From an uncultured Actinomycetes bacterium (lineage in GTDB: Bacteria > Actinomycetota > Actinomycetes > S36-B12 > UBA5976): a DNA stretch of 64,000 bases. Of this stretch, positions 27,996 to 36,605 are shown in pieces. The translations under genes and the position numbers were made by a program. The stretch covers positions 2,108 to 66,107 of the forward strand of contig CAITJH010000044.1 of assembly GCA_903892635.1 (NCBI GenBank), given 5' to 3'. The notes beneath the pieces are model-generated. The model was given only the letters and a program-made list of their open reading frames with translations, was not told the DNA's origin and made no database searches. Positions within the stretch are counted from its first letter, which is position 1. Every line of letters starts with the position of its first letter.

Positions 27996-29263
27996 CCTGC
28001 GATGAACTGGCCCGCAGAGTAGATCACAAGTCCTGCCAAGGCACCGACCACTGTTCCGTTGAGGCGAATGAACTGTAGATCACGACCAACATGTAATTCA
28101 ATCTTTCGAGATGTGTCGTTGGCATCCCAGCGTGCGATTGTGTCAGTAATGATTCCTGCGATCTCCGAGCGATAGTTTTCCACGAGGTGGCCTGCAAGAT
28201 TTTCGATTGCCCCATCAATAGAACGTCGCAGGTTGTCGTCACTCGTTAACTTCTCGCCGAATTGCATCAGCATTGATGTAACTTTTACTCGAAGTGAACT
28301 GGATGGATTTTGCGCATCTTCATTGACGGTGCGCTTTGCAGATATCCATAACTCCGAGACAGTGTGGCGAATCTCGCCGCGATCGACAAGATGCATTTTG
28401 ATGTTATTGACATGTGAGCCCAGGCCGGCATCGTTACGTAAATTGTCAGCGAGTTCTACTAATCCGCGCTCGACCCATTTACGAATTGGGTGATTTACAT
28501 CTTCTCGCACTGATTGAGACCAATCGATCAAGTGCTCGTAGACCCACTCGCCAACACGGTCTTTACCAAACCCTGGTAGCCACTTGGGCAATTGTTTGTC
28601 GAACCAATCCTGTGCACGTTTAGGGTCGCTGACTAATCGATGTTCAAGAGTTTCAACTAAAAGGTCAACAACTGGGCCATATGCTTCATTAGCAATGATG
28701 CGATCAACGAGAGCAGCAAGCGGTGTAGATACATCAAAGTTGTTGGCGATACGGATGAACTGCCCTTCAATGAATTCAGCGATTGCCTCATCATCACCTA
28801 AGTCAGTTAGCCACGTAACTCCTGAAGCTAGTTCGTTGGTAACTGTTTGAGCATTTGTTGGGTCGCTTATCCATGCACCAAACCGTTCCGCAATGCGCGC
28901 GCCTGAAAGTTTGTCGCGAACAACTTCTTCGCTAAGAAAATTGTCACTGACGAATTCACTCAAACCTTCTGCGATCGCATCTTTGCGGCGCGGAATGATT
29001 GCTGTATGCGGGATAGGTAGTCCAAGTGGTCGCCGAAAGAGTGCCGTAACTGCGAACCAATCGGCAATGCCGCCAACCATTCCAGCTTCGGAAGCTGCTC
29101 GCACATAACTGACCCATGACGGACCACCGTGCGTTTCACTGTGTCGTGCTACGACATAAACAACTGCTGCTGCCAATAAGAAACCGGTAGCGATGGCCTT
29201 CATCCGACGAAGTTCACGCTGCTTCTGTCGTTCGGCGCTACGTGTTGCTAGTCCTAAACTCAC
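27992..29263 (-). CDS. DUF445 family membrane protein
   Basis: 423 aa with ADWFAVTALFRRPLGLPIPHTAIIPRRK, characteristic of DUF445. TM helices lie at both ends. Confidence 0.8.
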   Translation of the reverse strand: MSLGLATRSAERQKQRELRRMKAIATGFLLAAAVVYVVARHSETHGGPSWVSYVRAASEAGMVGGIADWFAVTALFRRPLGLPIPHTAIIPRRKDAIAEGLSEFVSDNFLSEEVVRDKLSGARIAERFGAWISDPTNAQTVTNELASGVTWLTDLGDDEAIAEFIEGQFIRIANNFDVSTPLAALVDRIIANEAYGPVVDLLVETLEHRLVSDPKRAQDWFDKQLPKWLPGFGKDRVGEWVYEHLIDWSQSVREDVNHPIRKWVERGLVELADNLRNDAGLGSHVNNIKMHLVDRGEIRHTVSELWISAKRTVNEDAQNPSSSLRVKVTSMLMQFGEKLTSDDNLRRSIDGAIENLAGHLVENYRSEIAGIITDTIARWDANDTSRKIELHVGRDLQFIRLNGTVVGALAGLVIYSAGQFIAG

Positions 29264-29310
29264 GTCTCTAATCTGTCACATCGCGCATTTGGGTGTGAGG
29301 GCAGTAACGA

Positions 29311-29799
29311 TTATTTGCTGGGTGAATGATCGACGCCGGCAATTTGGTCAAGTACATGTCCCGCGAGTCGTTCGATAATGACAAGTCCATCGCGCGCTCC
29401 CCCAGGTGATCCAGGCAAGTTGATGATGAGGGATCCGTCAGTCACACCGGCGTAGCCACGGGTGAGATCTGCAGTCGGCACTTTCTCGCGCGAATAAGCA
29501 CGCAATGCTTCTGGAATTCCCGGAAGCAACTTGTTAATTAGCGGAGCAGTTGCTTCGGGTGTTAGGTCGTACTCTGAAATGCCGGTACCACCAGTCGTGA
29601 CAATGAGATCGATGCCCGATGAGATCGAATGCGTGAGTGCTTCACGAATCTTGTCGATGTCATCAGGAACGACTGTCACGCCAACGACGTCGTACCCAAG
29701 TGCAACGAGACCTTCACGCAAAATCTCACCACTGGTATCGGCATAGATTCCTTGGCTTGCACGATTGCTCGCAGTGATGACGGTTGCACGACGACTCAT
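29311..29799 (-). CDS. mog: MogA/MoaB family molybdenum cofactor biosynthesis protein
   Basis: 162 aa with the LIVTTGGTGISEYDLTPEA motif. Confidence 0.85.
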   Translation of the reverse strand: MSRRATVITASNRASQGIYADTSGEILREGLVALGYDVVGVTVVPDDIDKIREALTHSISSGIDLIVTTGGTGISEYDLTPEATAPLINKLLPGIPEALRAYSREKVPTADLTRGYAGVTDGSLIINLPGSPGGARDGLVIIERLAGHVLDQIAGVDHSPSK

Positions 29800-29802
29800 G
29801 AT

Positions 29803-30291
29803 CTACCGAGTCCACAGTCCATTACGTCCACCATCTTTTTCGGTGACGCCAACGTCAGTGATTTGAGCACCCGGATCAATGGCCTTGACCATGTCGATCA
29901 CGGTGAGTCCCGCAACGCTCACTGCAGTCAGTGCTTCCATTTCAACACCTGTGCGGTCGGCGGTTTTAACAAATACATCTATTTGAACGCCAAAATCGTG
30001 GGTCACCAGATCCACATCCACACCATGCAGCGCAATTGGATGGCACAGCGGAATCAGATCTGGCGTTCTCTTGGCGCCCATGATCGCAGCAACGCGTGCT
30101 GTGGCTAGTACGTCACCTTTAGGAACCGTGTTGTCTCGCAACATCGCGACAACATGAGGACTGAGCAAGACTCGGCCAGTGGCACGGGCTGTTCGGACAG
30201 TGACATCGCGATCAGTGACATCAACCATGTGAGCGTTGCCCGTGGCATCGATGTGAGTGAGCTTGTCGCGTGAAGTAGTCATGATCAGCAA
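29803..30291 (-). CDS. moaC: Cyclic pyranopterin monophosphate synthase accessory protein MoaC
   Basis: 162 aa with LTHIDATGNAHMVDV, IPLCHP and TGVEMEALTA motifs. Confidence 0.93.
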   Translation of the reverse strand: MLIMTTSRDKLTHIDATGNAHMVDVTDRDVTVRTARATGRVLLSPHVVAMLRDNTVPKGDVLATARVAAIMGAKRTPDLIPLCHPIALHGVDVDLVTHDFGVQIDVFVKTADRTGVEMEALTAVSVAGLTVIDMVKAIDPGAQITDVGVTEKDGGRNGLWTR

Positions 30292-30369
30292 TGCTACCTG
30301 CGTCTGGCAATCGCCGATCGAGGGAATGTGTGGGCAGCCTCACAGCCATGTTCACTCTGAGCATGGACT

Positions 30370-30391
30370 TTGGTAACTTTTTGGTAACTTT
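30370..30391. repeat. Perfect tandem duplication TTGGTAACTTT x2
   Basis: Read directly: ttggtaacttt (30370-30380) is followed immediately by ttggtaacttt (30381-30391). It lies ~50 nt upstream of the small ORF start at 30440. Confidence 0.9.
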
Positions 30392-30439
30392 CCTATGTCA
30401 TACTTTAGGTACGCAAAACCCGCGTATTTGGAGGAAAAA

Positions 30440-30658
30440 ATGAGTCTCGCTCACAAAGCGAACGACAAGAACATGGTCAAAGAGCTAAGCCAGGACGATC
30501 TCCAGGTCAGCTACGCCATGTACATCAATAACGCCATCGCTGAAGACCGGATCGGTCAAATTCCATCGATCGTGCGTTCGTACAAGGCGGATAAGTACGG
30601 AAACGTACAAACCCGTCGCTCCGTCATGGACCGTGTCCGTGACGCACTTGCTGGCTAA
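30440..30658 (+). CDS. Small hypothetical protein (72 aa)
   Basis: The ATG at 30440 is preceded by GGAGGAAAAAA, a strong SD. The ORF track starts it at 30395. A hairpin terminator follows. It matches no family I recognise. Confidence 0.55.
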   Translation: MSLAHKANDKNMVKELSQDDLQVSYAMYINNAIAEDRIGQIPSIVRSYKADKYGNVQTRRSVMDRVRDALAG

Positions 30659-30678
30659 ATAGCAGGCAGGAAACACCA

Positions 30679-30711
30679 AAGGCCGACTCCACTTTTGTGG
30701 GAGCCGGCCTT
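30679..30711. terminator. Hairpin between convergent genes (candidate bidirectional terminator)
   Basis: aaggccgactccac-tttt-gtgggagccggcctt. The stem is ~13 bp with one mismatch and one bulge. It lies between the small ORF stop (30658) and the yceI stop (30748). The U-tract is weak. Confidence 0.5.
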
Positions 30712-30747
30712 CGCTGTGTCGAGGGGACAATTACGCGAAGCGTAAAC

Positions 30748-31290
30748 CTATGCCTGCTTGATCGCCGAGATGTCGAGCTGAAGCTTGATCTTTTCGCTAA
30801 CCAATAGGCCGCCTGCTTCTAGCGCAACATTCCATGTAAGACCGAAGTCCTTGCGGTTGATTTCTGCTGTGCCTTCGAAGCCTGCACGAACATTTCCGAA
30901 TGGATCTGTTGCAATGCCAGTCGCTTCTACCTTGAGGTCAACGCTCTTGGTGACGTCCTTGATTGTGAGATCGCCAGTAACAACGAAGTCATCGCCATCA
31001 GCCTTGATTGCGGTTGACTTGAATGAGAGTGCGTTGGTGTTTTCGACATCGAAGAAGTCAGCGCTCTTGAGGTGGCCGTCGCGGTCTGCTGAGCCAGTGT
31101 CGATTGAGTCAAGCTTTGCGTCTACAACAACGCTTGATGATGCGAGGTCAGCGCCGACAACAACTGTGCCAGTGAAGTCTGCGAAGTGTCCACGGACCTT
31201 GGTTACGACCGCGTGACGCGCTTCGAATCCAAGACGTGAGTGTGATGGGTCGAATGCCCAAGTTCCGGCCAATGCGGCTAGATCTGCCAT
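30748..31290 (-). CDS. YceI family periplasmic/secreted polyisoprenoid-binding protein
   Basis: 180 aa with WAFDPSHSRLGFEARHAVVTKVRGHF and a lipocalin-like YceI pattern. An AGGAGA SD lies upstream. Confidence 0.9.
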   Translation of the reverse strand: MADLAALAGTWAFDPSHSRLGFEARHAVVTKVRGHFADFTGTVVVGADLASSSVVVDAKLDSIDTGSADRDGHLKSADFFDVENTNALSFKSTAIKADGDDFVVTGDLTIKDVTKSVDLKVEATGIATDPFGNVRAGFEGTAEINRKDFGLTWNVALEAGGLLVSEKIKLQLDISAIKQA

Positions 31291-31305
31291 GTGTTTCTCC
31301 TAGAA

Positions 31306-31342
31306 AGTTGAAGGTTCAATTAATTTAGTTTAACTTTCAACT
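31306..31342. promoter_or_regulatory. 11-bp inverted repeat (AGTTGAAgGTT / AACtTTCAACT) with a 15-nt AT-rich spacer, upstream of yceI
   Basis: Read directly. The arms are 31306-31316 and 31332-31342 and match at 10 of 11 positions. The nearest arm lies ~16 nt upstream of the yceI ATG, next to the SD. It could be a DNA operator or a 5'UTR hairpin. Confidence 0.35.
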
Positions 31343-31408
31343 AACAAGAAAGCAAATCGCCTTCGCATCACTCAAAAACCCACCTATTACTGCGTCTTTT
31401 CATCGAAA

Positions 31409-31438
31409 GAGCCCCGCTGAATCCAACCAACGGGGCTC
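31409..31438 (-). terminator. Candidate terminator hairpin after the DapA-family gene
   Basis: gagccccg-(14 nt)-cggggctc, an 8-bp GC-rich stem 20 nt downstream of the stop at 31458. On the transcribed strand it is followed by TTTCGATGAAAA. Confidence 0.45.
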
Positions 31439-31457
31439 ACTTCAAACTAAAAATGGG

Positions 31458-32342
31458 TTACACGAGCTGTGGCACCCATTCGCCAGCCTTCGCGACCAAT
31501 GCATGAAGTTCTTCGAATGCATCAGCCTCAAGTGGCTTTAATGGTCCGCGAGTATGTGCACTTGGCACACCCAGAATTGTCATGAGTGCTTTTGTGCGAG
31601 CAATGTATCGACCCGATTCAACATATTCCAACAGTGGCTTAACCGCCGCGTATGCTTCATCGCGAGTTGCAGGATCGATGATTCCAAGATGCGCCTTAGG
31701 CAATGCATTACCTGCTCCTGCAATCCAACTTGTTGCACCGGCACCGAGGAACGTAACTGAATCAACGTCGGCTCCACACACGATATCAATGCGGCCTTTG
31801 TACTTTGCCAATATGTCAATTCGCGAAAGATCACCTGATGCTTCCTTGATTCCAAAAATCAATGGATGATCAGCCAAGGCATCCAGTGCCTGTGCTTCGA
31901 TCGATACACCAATACGACCAGGGTAATCGTAGAGAACAGCAGGAAGGCCGGCTGAATCAACAACGATCTTCATGTGATCAGCAATTTCGTCTTGCGTAGG
32001 AACTGAATACGCAGGCGATGCAACCATCAAGCCATCGCAACCTAATTCTTTTCCAATCTTGGCGTGCGCGACTGCTTCACGAGTCGACATGCCGCCAACA
32101 CCGGCAAGTACTGGAACGCGACCAGCAACCTGCTTCACAATTGCCTTGGCAACTTCGGCTCGCTCAGAAAGGTCGAGCGCATATGCTTCGCCAGTTGTAC
32201 CAACCGCGACAACACCATCAACGCCATTCGACAGCATGATCTCGGTCCATTCTTGAACCTTTACTAGATCAACGTTTCCATCAGCATCAAAGTGCGTAAC
32301 AAGTGGAACATGTAGGCCGGTGAGTTTCATAGGGTCTTCCAT
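31458..32342 (-). CDS. Dihydrodipicolinate synthase family protein (DapA-like aldolase)
   Basis: 294 aa with GTTGEAYALD and the Schiff-base lysine context FGIKEASGD. The start may be the ATG four codons in (32330). The exact substrate is unknown. Confidence 0.85.
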   Translation of the reverse strand: MEDPMKLTGLHVPLVTHFDADGNVDLVKVQEWTEIMLSNGVDGVVAVGTTGEAYALDLSERAEVAKAIVKQVAGRVPVLAGVGGMSTREAVAHAKIGKELGCDGLMVASPAYSVPTQDEIADHMKIVVDSAGLPAVLYDYPGRIGVSIEAQALDALADHPLIFGIKEASGDLSRIDILAKYKGRIDIVCGADVDSVTFLGAGATSWIAGAGNALPKAHLGIIDPATRDEAYAAVKPLLEYVESGRYIARTKALMTILGVPSAHTRGPLKPLEADAFEELHALVAKAGEWVPQLV

Positions 32343-32398
32343 TCTTTGACAGTCCTAGATCATCAGCGTACTTCTGTTCTAGTAAATGCGAGGCTAAA

Positions 32399-33787
32399 TT
32401 ACTTATCTGATTCGGCAACACGTTGAACTGCAGCAGCAACTTTCTTGGCTACGTTGGGATCAAACACGCTTGGCACAATAAAGCTTGGATTCAATTGCTC
32501 TGGCTTGACACAACTTGCAATCGCTTGTGCGGCAGCGATCAGGGTCTTTGTCGTGATCTTGTACGCGCCAGCATCCAGCAGTCCACGGAAAATTCCGGGA
32601 AATGCAAGAACGTTATTGATCTGATTCGGGTAGTCGCTTCGACCGGTCGCAACAATCGCTGCATGCTTTGCAGCAAGTACTGGATCAATTTCAGGATCTG
32701 GGTTAGCCATCGCAAACACAATTGCCTTATCAGCCATCGTTGCAACGTCGGCTTCGGTGATGATGTTCGGAGCACTGACGCCAATGAATACATCGGCACC
32801 CGCCAAACTCTCGCCAAGAGATCCAGTGAACTTTTCCTTATTGGTGTTTTCCAACATCCAGGTGCTCGTGCTATTTCCGCCCGGACGATCGTCGTAAACA
32901 GCACCCTTCGAATCAAAAGCGATGATGGTCTTGACACCAGTTTCCATCAATAGCTGAGCAATTGCAGTTCCTGCAGCGCCAGCACCCGACAAAATGATGC
33001 GCAAGTCGCCAGGCTTCTTATCGACAATCTTTAAAGCATTTTGTAACGCCGCCAATACAACAATTGCAGTGCCATGTTGGTCGTCGTGGAACACAGGGAT
33101 GTCGAGAAGTTCGCGCAATCGTGCTTCTACTTCAAAGCATCGCGGCGCAGAAATATCTTCGAGATTGATTCCGCCATACTGCGGAGCCAGAATCTGAACA
33201 GTACGAACAATTTCATCGACGTCCTGTGTATCAAGGCAAACTGGCCAGGCATCGACATCTGCAAACTGCTTAAACAATGCGGCCTTGCCTTCCATCACAG
33301 GAAGAGCTGCTGCAGGACCAATATTTCCCAGACCCAAAACCGCAGAGCCATCAGTGACCACTGCAACGGTATTGCGCTTAATAGTCAGGTGGCGAGCATC
33401 CGATGGATCTTCGGCAATAGCCATGCACACACGTGCTACACCAGGGGTATATGCGCGCGATAGATCATCGCGAGTACGAAGCGGCACCTTTGGGCGAACT
33501 TCGATCTTTCCACCAAGATGAAGCAAAAAGGTACGGTCGCTCACATTGCGAACAGTTGCTCCAGGAAGAGCAGCGATTGCCGCGGTTACTTTTTCAGCGT
33601 GCTCAACATCAGAAGTGTCGCAGGTGACATCCACAACCATGCGCTCATAGCTGGACTCGACTACATCGAGAGCCGTCAGCCCTGCGCCAGCATCGCTCAC
33701 AGCTTGTGCCAATCCTGCGGTGGACGATGACTCGGGGGTCAATTCAACGCGCAATGTGATTGCATAACCCGGACTATTTGAAGACAT
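32399..33787 (-). CDS. NAD(P)-dependent malic enzyme with an N-terminal ACT-like domain
   Basis: It carries DLSRAYTPGVARVC, VVTDGSAVLGLGNIG and GAGAAGTAIA motifs. The ATG at 33787 is preceded by AAGGAG. The ORF is open to 33814. Confidence 0.9.
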   Translation of the reverse strand: MSSNSPGYAITLRVELTPESSSTAGLAQAVSDAGAGLTALDVVESSYERMVVDVTCDTSDVEHAEKVTAAIAALPGATVRNVSDRTFLLHLGGKIEVRPKVPLRTRDDLSRAYTPGVARVCMAIAEDPSDARHLTIKRNTVAVVTDGSAVLGLGNIGPAAALPVMEGKAALFKQFADVDAWPVCLDTQDVDEIVRTVQILAPQYGGINLEDISAPRCFEVEARLRELLDIPVFHDDQHGTAIVVLAALQNALKIVDKKPGDLRIILSGAGAAGTAIAQLLMETGVKTIIAFDSKGAVYDDRPGGNSTSTWMLENTNKEKFTGSLGESLAGADVFIGVSAPNIITEADVATMADKAIVFAMANPDPEIDPVLAAKHAAIVATGRSDYPNQINNVLAFPGIFRGLLDAGAYKITTKTLIAAAQAIASCVKPEQLNPSFIVPSVFDPNVAKKVAAAVQRVAESDK

Positions 33788-33937
33788 AACTACTCCTTGG
33801 AGACGTATGTCCAATATTGCCAGTGTTTTTAGGTCAAACCGCCAAGTTTGATGTGACTTTGCACCCGATTATCCACATTTCAAAGGGATTTCTCGAAATA
33901 CTGGAGTCACTTCACCTCGTAAATTAAGGACATTTCC

Positions 33938-34723
33938 GTGGCTTTTGAACTTAAGGGATCAACCGCAGTGATTACCGGCGCTGGATCCGCAACTGGAATT
34001 GGGTTTGCTAGCGCAACCTTGTTAGCCGAAATGGGTGCTTCGATCTATCTCACCGGTGCCAGCGAGCGCGTGCTTGATCGAGTTGAAGAATTACGCACCT
34101 TGGGAGTTACTGCATTCGGCTCGATCGCAGATCTGACTGATCCTGCGCAAGCTGAGGCAATGGTTCACGATGCCGTCACCGCACTTGGCGGCTTGGACAT
34201 TCTGGTAAATAACGCAGGAATGACTAGCGTTGCTGCTCCTCAACACGATGTTGGCGAAGCTGAAGATGCTGCGGATATGACTGTGGCTGGATGGCGCGGC
34301 TCGCTCTCACGAAATTTAGATTCGGCCTTTTATGTCACTCACGCTTCGCTATCCCACTTACGCAAATCGACACATGGGCGAATCATCATGATGTCGAGTG
34401 TGACTGGACCAGTCATGGCTATCAAGAATGACGTTGCATATGCGACATCAAAAGCAGGCATGGTCGGATTTACAAAAGCACTTGCCGTGGACGAAGCAAT
34501 CCGCGGGATCACGGTGAATGCTGTTGCTCCAGGCTGGATTCAAACTGACTCGCAACTTGAAAGCGAAGCGGGTCATGGCACTAAAACCCCAATCGGCAGA
34601 TCGGCCACTCCGCAAGAAGTGGCCGCTGCCGTTGGATGGTTAGCGTCTCGAGAAGCGTCCTACATCACTGGCCAAGTGTTGGTCATCGATGGCGGCAACT
34701 CAATTCAAGAAGAGCGTTCGTGA
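33938..34723 (+). CDS. SDR family oxidoreductase (FabG-like)
   Basis: 261 aa with the TGAGSATGIG cofactor motif, NNAG, and the catalytic YxxxK (YATSK). Confidence 0.9.
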   Translation: MAFELKGSTAVITGAGSATGIGFASATLLAEMGASIYLTGASERVLDRVEELRTLGVTAFGSIADLTDPAQAEAMVHDAVTALGGLDILVNNAGMTSVAAPQHDVGEAEDAADMTVAGWRGSLSRNLDSAFYVTHASLSHLRKSTHGRIIMMSSVTGPVMAIKNDVAYATSKAGMVGFTKALAVDEAIRGITVNAVAPGWIQTDSQLESEAGHGTKTPIGRSATPQEVAAAVGWLASREASYITGQVLVIDGGNSIQEERS

Positions 34724-34735
34724 CACAATGCCACT

Positions 34736-35779
34736 ATGAGCACAACACGTGGATACGCAGCACTTACGGCTGGCGGCGACCTTCAACCATTCGAATTCGA
34801 ACGACGCGAAGTTGGAGCCAGCGATGTAGCTATTGACATTCTCTATGCCGGTATTTGCCACTCCGACATTCACCAAGTTCGTGAAGAGTGGGGACCTGCT
34901 ATTTTCCCCATGGTCCCAGGGCACGAGATCGTAGGACGTATTACTGAAGTTGGATCTGCTGTAACTAACTTTGCAGTTGGCGATCTTGCCGGTATCGGGT
35001 GCTTCGTTGATTCGTGCGGTCAATGCACTAACTGCAAACTTGGCAAGAATAATTACTGCCTCGAGCACGTGACATGGACGTACAACTCAACAGAAGTTGA
35101 TGGCTCGACTCCTACCTACGGTGGTTACTCCCAATCGATTGTTGCCAAAGCTGATCACGTTTTACACGTCGCCGAATCCTTAGACATCACAGGTGTAGCG
35201 CCTTTGCTCTGTGCCGGAGTCACTGTTTACTCGCCGCTCACTCATTGGGGCGCAGGTCCTGGAAAGCAAGTTGCAGTTCTTGGACTCGGCGGATTGGGCC
35301 ACATGGCAGTCAAGATCGCTCGCGCCATGGGCGCACACGTCACCGTCTTGAGTCATAGTGAAAGCAAGCGTGTCGATGCACTCGACATGGGAGCAGATGA
35401 TTTTGTCTGCACTAGCGATGCCAATGCACTAAAAGACTTGGCGAACCGATTCGACATCATCATTAATACAGTGTCTGCCGATATTGATCTACGTCCCTAT
35501 ATCTTGACGTTGGGTTTGTGGGGAACACTTGTGTGTGTCGGTGCCCCTGGCAAGCCCTACACAATCAACGGTGGCGACCTACTGAACCAGCAGCGAAGCC
35601 TTGCCGGTTCTGGGATTGGTGGCATTAAGGAAACTCAGGACATGCTTGATTTCTGTGCAGCAAACAACATCGTGTCCGAAGTGGAAGTCATTGACGCAAA
35701 CTACATCAACGAGGCCTATGACCGAGTGGTTGCCAGCGATGTGCGTTTCCGATTCGTCATTGATACTTCAACGATTTAA
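34736..35779 (+). CDS. Zinc-dependent NAD(P) alcohol dehydrogenase (cinnamyl-ADH / YahK-like)
   Basis: 347 aa with GICHSD, GHEIVG, the structural-zinc Cys cluster CGQCTNC, and GLGGLGH. Confidence 0.9.
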   Translation: MSTTRGYAALTAGGDLQPFEFERREVGASDVAIDILYAGICHSDIHQVREEWGPAIFPMVPGHEIVGRITEVGSAVTNFAVGDLAGIGCFVDSCGQCTNCKLGKNNYCLEHVTWTYNSTEVDGSTPTYGGYSQSIVAKADHVLHVAESLDITGVAPLLCAGVTVYSPLTHWGAGPGKQVAVLGLGGLGHMAVKIARAMGAHVTVLSHSESKRVDALDMGADDFVCTSDANALKDLANRFDIIINTVSADIDLRPYILTLGLWGTLVCVGAPGKPYTINGGDLLNQQRSLAGSGIGGIKETQDMLDFCAANNIVSEVEVIDANYINEAYDRVVASDVRFRFVIDTSTI

Positions 35780-35846
35780 CATGGTTTAAGCCCATAAATA
35801 GGGGGCATACTGTTGTGCATAGAGGCACGTCTGTGAAAGGAAACTC

Positions 35847-36605
35847 ATGAGTTCACGCAATCCGATTTTTGCAAAAGTTGATGCGCCAGTTGTTTCAGAC
35901 GAGGAACTTGCACGGATCGTCAATGGTCCGCAGATTGCTGGTCGTATGACCTTGACCGATGTCATCATGAAGACTTTGGCACTCTTTGGACTACTTGTTG
36001 TAGGTGCTTATTTTGGCTGGATTACTGCACCGACCAACTCAAGTTTGTTCACGGTTTCCATTTTTACTGCCATGATCCTTGGCTTAGTGAACGCCTTTAA
36101 GAAGCAGGTATCTCCCATCCTTGTTTTGGCATATGCGTTGGCCGAGGGCGTGTTTCTCGGAGCATTGAGCTATTGGGTGAACACCGCGTACGGGCAAAAT
36201 ATTGCTCAGCAAGCCCTCATTGGTACGTTCACTGCATTTGGTGTGACTCTGGCTATGTACAAGTCACAAATCGTCCGCGTGAACGGACGATTTATCAAAA
36301 TGTTTTCGATCGCGATCGTGTCATACCTCGTGATTGGCCTGATGTCTCTCGTCTCTGCAATGTTTGGCGGCGGTAACGGCTGGGGTTTTTACGGCATGGG
36401 TCAACTAGGTATCTTGCTCTGTGTTGCTGGAGTGGGTCTTGCCACGTTTTCATTGTTCATGGATTTTGAAACGGTAACGCGTGCGATCGCAGCAGGAGCC
36501 GAAGAACGGGAATCATGGCGAATGGCATTTGGCCTCACTGTGACGCTTGTGTGGCTCTACACCGAAATTTTACGTTTGCTCGCGATCTTAAATGATCGTC
36601 GCTAG
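35847..36605 (+). CDS. Bax inhibitor-1/YccA family membrane protein
   Basis: 252 aa with ~7 TM helices. The N-terminus is MSSRNPIFAK and the tail is of the LYTEILRLL type. Confidence 0.85.
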   Translation: MSSRNPIFAKVDAPVVSDEELARIVNGPQIAGRMTLTDVIMKTLALFGLLVVGAYFGWITAPTNSSLFTVSIFTAMILGLVNAFKKQVSPILVLAYALAEGVFLGALSYWVNTAYGQNIAQQALIGTFTAFGVTLAMYKSQIVRVNGRFIKMFSIAIVSYLVIGLMSLVSAMFGGGNGWGFYGMGQLGILLCVAGVGLATFSLFMDFETVTRAIAAGAEERESWRMAFGLTVTLVWLYTEILRLLAILNDRR

